Below, in pieces: positions 9,308 to 21,202 of a stretch of 64,000 nucleotides of DNA. The stretch spans positions 421-64,420 of the forward strand of contig DATIXX010000005.1 of NCBI GenBank assembly GCA_035518095.1, in the 5' to 3' direction. Position numbers and translations under genes: made by a program. The DNA comes from Burkholderiales bacterium (GTDB lineage: Bacteria > Pseudomonadota > Gammaproteobacteria > Burkholderiales > JAHFRG01). The notes below the pieces were generated by a model, which was given only the letters and a program-made list of their open reading frames with translations, searched no databases and was not told the origin of the DNA. Numbering within the stretch: the first letter of the stretch is position 1; each line of letters begins with the position of its first letter.

Positions 9308-9751
9308 ATGAGAGTTGTACTGGCGGTGGTGCTGATGCTTGGGTTTGTGTATGCCGAGGCTGACATCTACAAGAAAGTGGATGCAGACGGCCGGGTCACC
9401 TATTCCAACGTTCCAATCAAAGGCGGGCAAAAGCTGAATCTTGAGCCGCTGAATACCGTGCCTTCGGGCAGTGGCAATACCGAGACTCCCAGCAACTTCC
9501 CCCGAGTTGACGCTGAGACACAAAAAAGCCGCGATGATACGCGCCGCGAGATTCTAGAAAATGAATTGTCCCAGGAAATGGCGCAGCTGGAGGAAGCCAA
9601 GAAAGCGCTCGCCGAAGCCGAATCGACCCGTCTGGGCAGCGAGCGCAACTACCAGAAATTTCTGGACCGTGTGCAACCATTTAAGGACGCGGTTGCCGAG
9701 CACCAGAAGAATGTCGATGCGCTAAAAGAGGAACTCGCGGGATTAAAATAG
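9308..9751 (+). CDS. DUF4124 domain protein with coiled-coil tail
   Basis: 147 aa. A signal peptide is followed by DIYKKVDADGRVTYSNVP, the DUF4124 signature. The C-terminal half is charged and heptad-like. Confidence 0.8.
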   Translation: MRVVLAVVLMLGFVYAEADIYKKVDADGRVTYSNVPIKGGQKLNLEPLNTVPSGSGNTETPSNFPRVDAETQKSRDDTRREILENELSQEMAQLEEAKKALAEAESTRLGSERNYQKFLDRVQPFKDAVAEHQKNVDALKEELAGLK

Positions 9752-9919
9752 GCAATTTGGCAAAAGCCTGGAACGCCATCCAGCGCATTCCATGCCTGCA
9801 ATGAAACTTGCGCGTTGGGTGCGACCAGGCGCTGCAGCCCCAACTCATTCCGCTACCGCCCGCCGCGGTCTGGCCGCGCCTGCATCACCGGAACTCCTCG
9901 CTGACTTATCCTCCACCGC

Positions 9920-10989
9920 ATGATACCTGCTGCATTTCAAGGCCTTGAGTTACTTGCCGCTGCGGTGATTCTCCTCGACCACGATTTGCTCATGATATAT
10001 GCCAATCCCGCGGCTGAGAATCTGTTCGAGCTGAGCACCAGGAGCATGACCCGCCGATCGTTGAGCGACATATTTGCCAATGCAGGCACTTTAACGACTG
10101 CGGTGAATTACGCGCTTGTGAATAGCTGCAGTTACATCGAACACGACCTGCGGCTCGCCGCAATCGGCCGCACCGAATTGCAATTAAGCTGCGCAGTAAC
10201 TCCGCTGGAAACAAGGGATGCGCGCGTGCTGCTCGAATTCAGGCAAATGGACAAGCAGTTGAAAATTGCCAAGGAGGAGCGCATGTTGGATCAGCAACAG
10301 GCAAATCGCGAGCTGCTTCTCAACCTGGCACATGAGATTAAGAATCCGCTAGGCGGTATCCGCGGCGCGGCGCAATTGCTCGAACGTGAGCTTGAGCGGC
10401 CCGGACTGTTTGAATACACCCAGGTCATTATCAAGGAAGCCGATCGCCTGCAAACCCTCATGGACCGCCTGCTCGCACCACATCGCTTGCCGCAACTTGC
10501 CGAGGTTAATATTCATGAAGTCCTGGAACAGGTGAAAACGCTGCTGCTTGCCGAATTTCCGCAGGGTATTGAAATCGAGCGAGATTATGACAGCAGCCTG
10601 CCAACGCTCACCGGCGACCGAGAGGACCTGACTCAAGCCACATTGAATATCATGCGCAATGCTGCGCAGGCTCTCGAGGGCAAAGGCAAAATTACGCTGC
10701 GCACCCGTGTTGTGCGACAGATAACGCTGGCGAAGAAACGTTACCGCCACGCGCTAATGGTGCAGATCAGCGACAATGGCCCGGGCGTACCCGAGGCCAT
10801 TCGCGAAAGGATTTTTTACCCGCTGGTATCTGGCAGGGAAGGCGGCAGCGGTATGGGTCTCACGATCGCTCAGACTTTCATTAACCAGCACCGTGGTATT
10901 ATCGACTGCGAGAGCCGGCCGGGGCGCACCTGCTTCACCTTGCTCCTGCCGCTCGCTGAAGACAGTCCCGCGCATACGGAACCCGGCTG

Positions 10990-10990
<1 letters not shown>
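9920..10990 (+). CDS. ntrB: Nitrogen regulation sensor histidine kinase NtrB
   Basis: 356 aa. N-terminal PAS-like region, H-box LAHEIKNPLGGIRGAAQLL, and an ATPase G-box (GGSGMGL). Confidence 0.93.
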
Positions 10991-12386
<1,396 letters not shown>

Positions 12387-12390
<4 letters not shown>

Positions 12391-13160
12391 GGACCCGCTT
12401 GAATTTCCGCGACTACCGGCGCGTGGTCGGAGGGGCGCTCAGCTCGCCGCGGCCCGGTGTCGATCGTGCTTGATTTGCAGCACGGGGCCAATTCGCTACT
12501 CAGCAGAATATGATCGATGCGCAACCCCAAATTACGCCGGAAGGCGCTCAGCCGGTAATCCCACCAGCTAAACGAGTTCTCCGGTTGCTCAAAAAGGCGG
12601 AAACTATCTTTCAAGCCCAGCTTGAGCATTTCGCCGAAAGCCTGCCGTTCCTTAGGACTGACCAAAACATTCCCTTCCCAGGCTTGTGGGTCATGGACAT
12701 CCCGATCTTCCGGCGCGACGTTCAGATCGCCCAGTACGGCGAGTTTCGGATATTGCGCGAGTTCGGCTTTTAGCCATTTGTTGACCGCCGCAAACCATTC
12801 CAGTTTGTAGCGGTACTTATCCGAATCGACGCTTTGACCATTCGGCGCGTAAACGCAAATCACCCGCATATTTTCAATCGTGGCGGCGAGCACGCGCCGC
12901 TGTGTGTCATTGAACTCAGGTATTTCGCGGGTGGCCTCCTTTGCTTGCTGTTTGCTTAGGATTGCGACACCGTTGTAGGTTTTTTGGCCCGAAAATACGG
13001 CGCAATATCCCGCCAATTCGATTTCTGCCAACGGGAACATGTCGTCTTCGACCTTGGTTTCCTGCAGACACAGCACGTCGGGCTGATTGGCCGAAAGCCA
13101 GCCCACGACTTGCGGCAGTCGGATCTTAAGTGAGTTGACGTTCCAGGCCGCAAGCCGCAT
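12387..13160 (-). CDS. xthA: Exodeoxyribonuclease III
   Basis: 257 aa. MRLAAWNVNSL, LCLQETK and the C-terminal PSDHAPV motifs. Confidence 0.93.
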
Positions 13161-13721
13161 TAAAACGAGTAATTTGATTTTGTCGCGGCAGGAGTGGCCG
13201 ACATGCTTGGTGGTACGAGTATTGTCGCGGCGAATTTTGTTGCCGCCGCGGATGGCGCGGGGGCGGGAACAGGAATTTTGGGGTAGCCGACGGCATCCAG
13301 AGCGTTATTCCAGGCATTTTCGTCGAAGCCTTTAAGAGTCTGCGAATTGCCCACTACCGGTACCGGGACCAGGAGATCTGCGGCGATTTTTTTTAAAGCG
13401 TCCGCAGTTTCGCGCTGCTTGGTTGGGTTTTTTTCGCTATACAGCACGCGGCGCTCATGCAACAGGCGCCGCGCCTTACTGCAATCAGCCCCGCAATCTG
13501 TGACATAAAGCATTACGGGAAAATTCTTAGTAGCTTGTTCCATCTGGTACGATGGGTTACCTTTAATCACATTGGCACCCAGTGTTTTTTTCCTGAATAT
13601 CGTTTGCTGACGGTGTTGGTGGCCGATCCGAATAGTGCACTGTGGCGTCGCCATCCAGCCAGCGAAAGAGATCTCCAGCAAGGCACGTTCCGGCTGAAAA
13701 CGCCAGCAGGCAGCTTAACAT
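13160..13721 (-). pseudogene. DUF4124 + glutaredoxin-like (thioredoxin-fold) protein, split by +1 nt in an A7 run
   Basis: Frame A starts at ATG 13721: MLSCLLAFSAGTCLAGDLFRWLDGDATVHYSDRPP..DIQEK, then stops. Frame B continues TLGANVIKG..FPVMLYVTDCGADCSKARRLL..VPVVGNSQTLKGFDENAW. The junction is the T7 run at 13585..13591 (A7 on the coding strand). Removing one A fuses both frames into a 186-aa ORF. Confidence 0.6.
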
Positions 13722-13773
13722 CCGAACATTCAGTGCATGCCTATCCAACGGAAATCTTTCAGCACGTTCCGCT

Positions 13774-15810
13774 TCAGCGCGGAGCGCTCGCCATGCCGTT
13801 GTGACGCAGCAGCGCATCGATCTGCGGTCGGCGTCCGCGAAAAGCAACGAACGATTCGAGCGCCGGGCGGCTGCCGCCAACGCTCAGAATTTCCTCTCTG
13901 AACCGCCGCCCAATGTCGCGGTTGACAATGCCGTTTTCCTCGAACAAGCTGTAGGCATCCGCCGACAGCACTTCCGCCCATTTGTAGCTGTAATAGCCCG
14001 CCGCATAGCCGCCGGCGAAGATATGGGAGAAATTGTTCGGGAAACGGTTGTATTCGGGCGGGACCACGACCGCTACCTGGCTGCGGATTTCATGCAGCAA
14101 TTGCAACATGGTCTTGTCGCCTTGGGGGTCGAAGTCGTGGTGCAGATGCATGTCAAACAGCGCAAACTCAAGCTGACGCACGGTCTGCATGCCGCTTTGA
14201 AAATTCTTGGCGGCGAGAATTTTGTCGTACAACGACCGCGGCATTGGTTCCGCGCGGTCGAGGTGAAGAGTTAAATGCTTGAGAACGTCCCATTCCCAGC
14301 AAAAATTTTCCATGAACTGGCTGGGCAGTTCCACCGCATCCCACTCCACGCCGTTGATGCCGGACACGCCGAGCTGGTCCACGCTGGTGAGCAGATGATG
14401 CAGTCCGTGGCCGAATTCATGAAATAGCGTGATGACTTCATCGTGCGTGAAAAGCGCGGGGTTGCCACCCACCGGAGAAGAAAAATTGCAGTTCAGATAG
14501 GCAACCGGAATTTGAATGCCGGATTCCTTGCGCCTGCGCGCAATAGCTTCGTCCATCCATGCGCCACTGCGTTTTGAAGGCCGCGCGTAAAGATCCGCGT
14601 AAAACTGACCGATCAAATTCCCAGCCATATCGCGGATATCGAAAAAACGCACGTCAGGGTGCCACACGGGCGCTTGCGCCTGCTTGATGGAAATGCCGTA
14701 CAGCGCTTCAACTAGGTTGAACATGCCCTGTATTACTTGAAATTCGGGGAAGTACTGCTTGACTTCCTGCTCGGAAAACGCGTAGCGCTGCGTACGCAAT
14801 TTTTCAGAAGCGAAAGCAATATCCCAAGCCTGAAAATCCTTAATTTTGAGCTCGTCGCCCGCAAATTGTTTGAGCTCCTGGTAATCGCGCTCGGCATGAG
14901 GCTTCGCCTTTGACCCGAGCTCTGCAAGAAAATCGAGCACGTCGCGCGGAGATTTCACCATTTTGCGGATAAGCGAAACTTCGGCATAGGAACGATAGCC
15001 CAAGAGAACAGCCTTCTCCTGCCGCAGCCGAAGAATTTCAGGGATCAATGGCGTGTTATCCCATTCCGGTTTTCCAAACTCGGAGGCGCGCGTCACATAG
15101 GCGCGGTAAAGCGTCTCGCGCAACGGACGGTTTTCGGCGTACATCATCGCGGGTATCCAGGACGGCGCGTGCAGCGTGAGTTTCCAACCGGGCCTGCCAT
15201 CGTGGGCCGCTGCTTCCCGGGCCACCTCGAGAATATCGTCAGGCAGACCCGCAACCTCGTCGCGACTGTTGACGTACAGTGCGAAATCGTTCGTGGCGTC
15301 GAGCAGATTCTCTTCGAACCGGGCGTAGATCTTTGCCAGCTCTTCCTGGATTTGCAGGAAACGCACTTTCCTTTCTTCTGGCAGTTCGGCTCCGCCCAAG
15401 CGGAAATCCCGCAATTCGTTTTCTACGATTTGCCGCTGTGCGCGGCTCAAACGCTCAAATTCACTTCCGGCCCTCAGCGCCTTGAATTTTTCGTATAAAC
15501 CCTGATTTTGCGCGAGCTCGGACTGGTATTGAGTAATATTCGGAAGGTTTTCGTTGTAGGCCTCGCGCAGCTCCGGGCTGTTCATCACCGCGTTCAAATG
15601 CGCCACTTGGCCCCAAGCGCGGTTCAAATGCTCGCTGGCATCTTCCAGCGGTTGTACAAAATCATCCCAGGTTGCTGGCGCGCCGTCGCTGAGCAAGCGG
15701 CGAATCAACAGGCGGTTCTCCTTCAGCAATTCATCGATTGCGGGGGCAACCAGCTGAGGCGTAATTTCTGCAAAGCGCGGCAGCCCAGAAAAGTCGAGCA
15801 AGGGGTTCAT
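13774..15810 (-). CDS. prlC: Oligopeptidase A (M3 metallopeptidase)
   Basis: ORF 13774..15900, trimmed to the ATG at 15810 (MNPLLDFSGLPRF), which removes the overlap with pyrC'. Zinc motif HEFGHGLHH. Confidence 0.93.
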   Translation of the reverse strand: MNPLLDFSGLPRFAEITPQLVAPAIDELLKENRLLIRRLLSDGAPATWDDFVQPLEDASEHLNRAWGQVAHLNAVMNSPELREAYNENLPNITQYQSELAQNQGLYEKFKALRAGSEFERLSRAQRQIVENELRDFRLGGAELPEERKVRFLQIQEELAKIYARFEENLLDATNDFALYVNSRDEVAGLPDDILEVAREAAAHDGRPGWKLTLHAPSWIPAMMYAENRPLRETLYRAYVTRASEFGKPEWDNTPLIPEILRLRQEKAVLLGYRSYAEVSLIRKMVKSPRDVLDFLAELGSKAKPHAERDYQELKQFAGDELKIKDFQAWDIAFASEKLRTQRYAFSEQEVKQYFPEFQVIQGMFNLVEALYGISIKQAQAPVWHPDVRFFDIRDMAGNLIGQFYADLYARPSKRSGAWMDEAIARRRKESGIQIPVAYLNCNFSSPVGGNPALFTHDEVITLFHEFGHGLHHLLTSVDQLGVSGINGVEWDAVELPSQFMENFCWEWDVLKHLTLHLDRAEPMPRSLYDKILAAKNFQSGMQTVRQLEFALFDMHLHHDFDPQGDKTMLQLLHEIRSQVAVVVPPEYNRFPNNFSHIFAGGYAAGYYSYKWAEVLSADAYSLFEENGIVNRDIGRRFREEILSVGGSRPALESFVAFRGRRPQIDALLRHNGMASAPR

Positions 15811-15857
15811 AATGAAAGGGATTCTGAAATTTCTGGCGTTATTATACAGCCAGTGGG

Positions 15858-17132
15858 CTAACTTTCGTAGACGATGTGGCCCTCGACCAGCGTATAACAT
15901 ACACGACCCGGCATCTCCAACCCGAGGAATGGCGTATTTTTCCCTTGGCTTTTCAATGCGATGGCCTCAACTCTCCAATATTGCTGGGGGTTAAATATAC
16001 ACACGTCTGCAACATGCCCGGGAGTAAGATGGCCTGCGTCGATGCCCAGGATATGTGCTGGGATTTGGGTAATTCTGGCGAGTGCTCCGGACAATGCAAT
16101 TTCAGCTTCGGCGGCCCACTTGAGGGTGAGCGGCAAAAGTAATTCCAGGCCCGTCGCGCCGCTCTCGGCCTCGCCAAAAGGCAGTACCTTGGCATCATCG
16201 TCCACGGGGGTATGATCCGAGCACAAAGCGTCTATGGTGCCGTCTTTGAGCCCCATGCGAAGTCCATCACGGTCGCGGAGCCCGCGTAGCGGCGGTATCA
16301 GGTTGCAGTTGGCATCGAAAAACCCCAAGTCCATTTCAGTCAGGTGAACATGCGTAGCGGCAATGTCACAGGTTATCGCCAAACCCTGGCTTTTGGCGTG
16401 ACGTACCATCTCCACGCCTTCAGCGGTAGAGAGCCTACACAAGTGAGTGCGCGCTCCGGTTTCCTTGGCGAGCTGCAAAATAGTGGAAAGTGCGACGGTT
16501 TCGGCGCAGCTGGGTATCCCCGGTAGCCCAAGCCGCGTAGCCACCACCCCATCGTGAGCGACGCCGCCTTGAGCAAGGTAGGCGTCCTGTGGACGCAACC
16601 ACACCGTATAGCCGAAAGTAGAAGCATATTGCATGGCGCGCATCAATACATTGGTATCGCTGAGCGGCGCGTTGCCTTGAGAGAAAGCAATACAGCCGGC
16701 GTCACGCAGTTCCGCCATTTCAGTGATGCGCGCGCCGGCGAGCCCCTGCGTCAATGCGCCGAGCGGATAGACCCGCGCCTGATTTAGACTTTTTGCACGG
16801 TGTTTCAGCATTTCCACCAGCCCCGGTTCATCTAGAGGGGGCTCGGTATCCGGAGGGCATGCGAGGCTTGTAATCCCGCCCGAAACGGCGGCAAGCATTT
16901 CCGATTCCAGCGTCGCTTTGTATTCGAAACCGGGTTCGCGCAGGCGCGCCGAAAGATCAATCAAACCGGGACAAACGACGCAATTGCTGGCATCGATGAC
17001 ACGAGTGGGGTGGAAGCCGTCCGGTTGGCGCCCAACCGCAAGCACCTTGCCTGCCGCAATAAACAAATCCCGCACCGCATCTGTGCCGTTCTTGGGGTCG
17101 ATGATGCGACCGTTTTTTATCTGGATCTTCAT
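15858..17132 (-). CDS. Dihydroorotase-like protein, probably non-catalytic PyrC' subunit of aspartate transcarbamoylase
   Basis: 424 aa, directly abutting pyrB. The metal-binding HxH of active DHOase (DLHVHLREPG) reads DLSARLREPG here. Confidence 0.85.
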   Translation of the reverse strand: MKIQIKNGRIIDPKNGTDAVRDLFIAAGKVLAVGRQPDGFHPTRVIDASNCVVCPGLIDLSARLREPGFEYKATLESEMLAAVSGGITSLACPPDTEPPLDEPGLVEMLKHRAKSLNQARVYPLGALTQGLAGARITEMAELRDAGCIAFSQGNAPLSDTNVLMRAMQYASTFGYTVWLRPQDAYLAQGGVAHDGVVATRLGLPGIPSCAETVALSTILQLAKETGARTHLCRLSTAEGVEMVRHAKSQGLAITCDIAATHVHLTEMDLGFFDANCNLIPPLRGLRDRDGLRMGLKDGTIDALCSDHTPVDDDAKVLPFGEAESGATGLELLLPLTLKWAAEAEIALSGALARITQIPAHILGIDAGHLTPGHVADVCIFNPQQYWRVEAIALKSQGKNTPFLGLEMPGRVCYTLVEGHIVYES

Positions 17133-18083
17133 TCAGTTTCCCGCCAGCATGCTCATCACCGCCATGCGCACCGCGATGCCAAACGTGACTTGCGGCAAAA
17201 TGACCGACCGCGGGCCGTCGGCCACGCTGGAATCAATTTCTACGCCGCGGTTCATCGGCCCGGGGTGCATCACGATGGCGTTGTGCTTGGCGGCTGCGAG
17301 CTTATCCGCGTTCAAGCCGTAGTTCTTGAAGAATTCCTGCGCACTCGGCAGTAGCGGACCCTGCATGCGTTCGCTTTGCAGGCGCAACATCATCACTACG
17401 TCTACGTCTTTAAGTCCGCGCCGCATATCGTAGTACACGTGTACGCCAAGATTTTCGACCCCAGTAGGCAACAGCGTTTTGGGCGCTATGACTCTCACTT
17501 CAGGCACGCCAAGGGTGGTGAGCGCATGGATTTGCGAGCGCGCCACACGCGAATGCAGGATATCGCCCACGATCGCAACGCGTAGGTTATTAAATTCACG
17601 CTTATAGTGGCGGATGGTGAACATGTCCAAGAGCGCTTGCGTGGGGTGCGCGTGTCGTCCGTCGCCGGCGTTGATGACATGCACGTTCGGCGACACGTGT
17701 TGCGCGATTAGGTGCGCCGCTCCGCTTTGCGCATGCCGCACGATGAACATGTCGGCGTGCATCGCTTCCAGATTATCGATGGTGTCGAGCAGAGTTTCGC
17801 CTTTGCTTTGCGAGGAGGTGCTGATATTCAGATTGATGACGTCCGCGGATAGGCGCTTGGCGGCGATTTCGAAAGTAGTGCGGGTGCGGGTGCTCGGTTC
17901 GAAAAAAAGATTGAATATCGCTTTGCCGCGCAGCAGCGGAAGTTTCTTGACTTCACGCTCGGTGACGCCGATAAAGGACTGCGCGGTATCGAGTATCTGT
18001 ACCAGAAGCGTTGCAGGCAGCCCTTCAATAGTAAGCAAGTGCTGAAGTTCACCCCTCTTATTGAGCTGCGGGTTGCTGTGCAT
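17133..18083 (-). CDS. pyrB: Aspartate carbamoyltransferase catalytic subunit
   Basis: 316 aa with the STRTR and HPTQ motifs. Confidence 0.95.
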   Translation of the reverse strand: MHSNPQLNKRGELQHLLTIEGLPATLLVQILDTAQSFIGVTEREVKKLPLLRGKAIFNLFFEPSTRTRTTFEIAAKRLSADVINLNISTSSQSKGETLLDTIDNLEAMHADMFIVRHAQSGAAHLIAQHVSPNVHVINAGDGRHAHPTQALLDMFTIRHYKREFNNLRVAIVGDILHSRVARSQIHALTTLGVPEVRVIAPKTLLPTGVENLGVHVYYDMRRGLKDVDVVMMLRLQSERMQGPLLPSAQEFFKNYGLNADKLAAAKHNAIVMHPGPMNRGVEIDSSVADGPRSVILPQVTFGIAVRMAVMSMLAGN

Positions 18084-18145
18084 GTAGGCGGAGCGGATTA
18101 TACCATCGATGACTTAGACCTACCCGCGCTTGCCGTGGGTTCGGC

Positions 18146-18646
18146 CTAGACCTGGTTAAGGTGTAAGCTGAGCCGTCCCTCCTTGTCTTTTTTAAGTTCT
18201 ATGTTCTGGTTTTCGGCGAGTTCCAGCGTAGCGCCGGCGTAGCGCGCAAATACGGGCAACTCTCGCCCGCCACGGTCGATCAGCACAGCAAGCTCAATGC
18301 TTGCCGGCCTCCCGTAATCGAACAGTTCGTTCATGGCGGCGCGCACCGTGCGCCCGGTATAGAGTACGTCGTCCACGAGAACAATGCGGCGTCCTTCGAC
18401 ATCGAACGGAATGCTTGACGGCTTGACCTGCGGATGCAGCCCGATGCGCGCAAAGTCGTCTCGGTAAAATGAAATATCGAGCAGCCCGATCGGGGTGGTG
18501 AGCCCCAGTTCCTGCTGCAGTTTTTGCGCGATCCAGGCGCCGCCAGTATGTATCCCGATCAGCGCAGTATTGGAATCATTTCGTTGCCGGATCTGCGAGG
18601 CAAGAGCGGAAACCAGCTGTTCCGCGTCAGGAAGTTTCAGGGTCAT
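18146..18646 (-). CDS. pyrR: Bifunctional pyr operon regulator / uracil phosphoribosyltransferase PyrR
   Basis: ORF trimmed to the ATG at 18646 (MTLKLPDAEQL). PRPP-binding loop VLVDDVLYTGRT. Confidence 0.9.
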   Translation of the reverse strand: MTLKLPDAEQLVSALASQIRQRNDSNTALIGIHTGGAWIAQKLQQELGLTTPIGLLDISFYRDDFARIGLHPQVKPSSIPFDVEGRRIVLVDDVLYTGRTVRAAMNELFDYGRPASIELAVLIDRGGRELPVFARYAGATLELAENQNIELKKDKEGRLSLHLNQV

Positions 18647-19088
18647 CGAAAAAGCTCTGCAAAATGTGTTGCGCCGCCAGCTGGTCAATAAAAGCCTTTT
18701 TGCGCGCTGCTCCACTCTCGGCCAGCGACTGCTCTGCCGCGCGCGAGGTCAGGCGTTCGTCAACCAATACCGTAGGGAGCTTGAAGCGTTTTACCAGTCG
18801 CAGCGCGAAGCCGCGGCTCAATCTGCTCATCTCATGCTCGCCGCCGTCCATTTGAGTCGGGAGTCCGACCACCAGGAGCACGGGTTGCCATTCCTTAACC
18901 AACGCAGCAATTGCGTGGAAGCGCGTTTCATTTTGCGGCGACTCCAGCGTCGTCAGCGGATGCGCGATGCGCAGCGCCAGATCGCCTACCGCAACGCCGA
19001 TACGCTTTGTGCCGAAGTCGAATGCTAAAACTACACCTGTTTTTCGGGGGTATACGTAGCCGGAGGCTTGAGCACGCTGTTCAATCAT
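18627..19088 (-). CDS. ruvX: Holliday junction resolvase-like RuvX (YqgF)
   Basis: ORF trimmed to the ATG at 19088. VLAFDFGTKRIGVAVGD is the YqgF signature. Confidence 0.9.
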   Translation of the reverse strand: MIEQRAQASGYVYPRKTGVVLAFDFGTKRIGVAVGDLALRIAHPLTTLESPQNETRFHAIAALVKEWQPVLLVVGLPTQMDGGEHEMSRLSRGFALRLVKRFKLPTVLVDERLTSRAAEQSLAESGAARKKAFIDQLAAQHILQSFFDDPETS

Positions 19089-19105
19089 GAACCCCTTACT
19101 GAGAA

Positions 19106-19666
19106 TTACGCGTGACCTGCGCCTTCGGAAAGAGTGGCGAAGCTCACACCCAGCAAATCCATCGCCGCTGCCAGACGCTCTTCCGCGGCCAAGTCGAAAA
19201 TGACATTTGTCTTCGCAGGCACCGAAAGCCACGCGTTTTGTGCGAGCTCGTGCTCCAGCTGCCCCGGCGCCCATCCGGCATATCCCAGAGTAACCAGAAT
19301 CTGTCGCGGCCCATTGCCGCGCCCCACCGCCTGCAGGATGTCCTTGGACGTAGTAAGTCCGAGTTCTTTGTTGACCGCAAGAGTGGATTGCCACTCGCCC
19401 AGGGGCTTGTGCAACACGAAACCACGGTCGATTTGCACCGGTCCTCCGAAATACACGGCAATGCCGCGCAGGCGGGGTTCGCCCAGCGGAATGCTGATCT
19501 GCTCGAACAACGCCTGCAGGGTCATATCAATGGGGCGGTTGACCACCACGCCTAATGCGCCCTGCTCGTTGTGCTCACAGATATAGGTCAAGCTTTTGGA
19601 AAAATAGGGATCTGCCATGTTGGGCATGGCGATCAGAAAGTGGTTCGTCAGGTTAACGCTTGTCAT
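19106..19666 (-). CDS. YqgE/AlgH family protein
   Basis: ORF trimmed to the ATG at 19666. [34 protein letters not shown] is typical of the family, and yqgE-ruvX synteny is conserved. Confidence 0.9.
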   Translation of the reverse strand: MTSVNLTNHFLIAMPNMADPYFSKSLTYICEHNEQGALGVVVNRPIDMTLQALFEQISIPLGEPRLRGIAVYFGGPVQIDRGFVLHKPLGEWQSTLAVNKELGLTTSKDILQAVGRGNGPRQILVTLGYAGWAPGQLEHELAQNAWLSVPAKTNVIFDLAAEERLAAAMDLLGVSFATLSEGAGHA

Positions 19667-19779
19667 AGCTACATTGTAATCGTCTCGCCTGACCTTCACA
19701 AATGCGAAAACAGGCGTCTGAAACGGCGCGCTTATCAATTATCCTCGTGCGCGGCAAAGCAATCGCGGGTGCGGCAGCG

Positions 19780-20586
19780 CTATCCGATGGTGTTATTTTG
19801 GCGCGCGCGCAACCAGTCTTTCCAGGCGTTGAACAAGGCCGGGTTGCGCGCCGCGATCACTGAACGCTTCCATAAATCGTCCGCCCAAAAATCATCCTTT
19901 TTTAGCGAGCACATCATGCCCCCCGCCTCCTCGAGTATCAGCGAGCCCGCTGCGTAATCCCATAATTTCTGACCGCCGTGCAAATACACGTCAAAACGCC
20001 CGGCGGCGACATAGCACCATTCCAGGGTACTTGCACCGTAATTGCGTTGCGAGGAATAAGGCGGCGTTCCGGCAAGTTCCTGCGCCAGATTGCGGCTGAT
20101 GCGCTTAAAGTCCACGCTTGCCATGCACTGACGTAAGTCTTTATCCGATTCATTGATGGGCAGCCTCTCACCGTTTAGGTAGGCGCCGCCGCCCTTCTCG
20201 GCATAAAACATTTCATGCGACACCGGGTCGTAAACAACCCCGAGGACGCTGCGCCCTTTGTTCATCAGCGCCACTGAAACCGCAAAATACGGAAGGCCGC
20301 TGACGAAATTCGATGTGCCGTCAATCGGGTCCACGCACCACAATCCGGAATCTCCTGCCAGCCATTGTTCCGCCTGCTGATCGCGACTCATTTCTTCTGC
20401 GAGGACCGGGCTTGGGTGAATTTCACGAAGCTTGATCGCGAGTGCTTCCTGCGCTGCGATATCGGCGTCGGTGTAGAGACTACCGTCGGCTTTCCGCTGC
20501 TGGGCCACCTGCAGGTAACGCGGCATGATTTCGGCCTGCGCTACTTCCCGCACGGCGCGAATGACCGCCTTAAGCAGCGGTTCCAT
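19780..20586 (-). CDS. Inositol monophosphatase family protein
   Basis: ORF trimmed to the ATG at 20586 (MEPLLKAVIRAV). WCVDPIDGTSNF and WDYAAG motifs. Confidence 0.85.
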   Translation of the reverse strand: MEPLLKAVIRAVREVAQAEIMPRYLQVAQQRKADGSLYTDADIAAQEALAIKLREIHPSPVLAEEMSRDQQAEQWLAGDSGLWCVDPIDGTSNFVSGLPYFAVSVALMNKGRSVLGVVYDPVSHEMFYAEKGGGAYLNGERLPINESDKDLRQCMASVDFKRISRNLAQELAGTPPYSSQRNYGASTLEWCYVAAGRFDVYLHGGQKLWDYAAGSLILEEAGGMMCSLKKDDFWADDLWKRSVIAARNPALFNAWKDWLRARQNNTIG

Positions 20587-21145
20587 GCTTCCACTTGATG
20601 GAGCAACCCATGCTGGGAATCTGTTCTCGGGGTCCCTGACCGGTGCGCGCAACCCCCAGCATCGCTTCAAACAGTTCGCGCCTAGCATCGGGTACGGCAT
20701 TGGTGCGTGAGGCGTCCAGACGTCCGCGGTATTGCAGTTCCAGCTTGGTATTGAAGCCGAAAAAATCCGGCGTGCAAACCGCGCCATAGGTTTTGGCTAC
20801 GTCCTGTGTTTTGTCGAGCACGTAAGGGAAGGGGAAATTAAATTGGCGCGCGACCTTTGCCATATTGTCGAACGAGTCCTCCGGATAGTCGGTCGGGTCG
20901 TTGGACATGATGGCGATGCTGTTTATGCCGTGTTCCTTAAGTTCCTTGCAGTCGCGGACGATGCGCTCGCGCACCGCCTTTACGTATGGGCAATGGTTGC
21001 AAATAAACATCACCAGTAGCCCTTTTTCGCCGCGTACATCTTTCAGGCTGTAACGCTTGCCGTCTACGCCCAGGAGTTCGAAATCCACTGCTTTCCAGCC
21101 AAAATCGCAAATCGGGGTTTGCAGGCTTACCATAGTTCGCTCCAT
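20570..21145 (-). CDS. Thioredoxin-fold (AhpC/TSA-like) protein
   Basis: 191 aa with the LVMFICNHCPYVKA redox motif. An alternative ATG at 21133 is equally plausible. Confidence 0.8.
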   Translation of the reverse strand: MERTMVSLQTPICDFGWKAVDFELLGVDGKRYSLKDVRGEKGLLVMFICNHCPYVKAVRERIVRDCKELKEHGINSIAIMSNDPTDYPEDSFDNMAKVARQFNFPFPYVLDKTQDVAKTYGAVCTPDFFGFNTKLELQYRGRLDASRTNAVPDARRELFEAMLGVARTGQGPREQIPSMGCSIKWKHGTAA

Positions 21146-21202
21146 TGATCCTTTGTTCGGTCTTTATATTATCATGCGGTTGACATTTAACTCTTTACCC
21201 TT

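Noticed and set aside
13585-13591. A_AAA_AAC in the zero frame looks like a classical -1 programmed frameshift heptamer
   Set aside because: The -1 frame terminates after six codons (..HWVPM-stop). The thioredoxin-fold continuation is in the +1 frame, so a -1 slip cannot join the two halves. An indel or transcriptional slippage is the better explanation.
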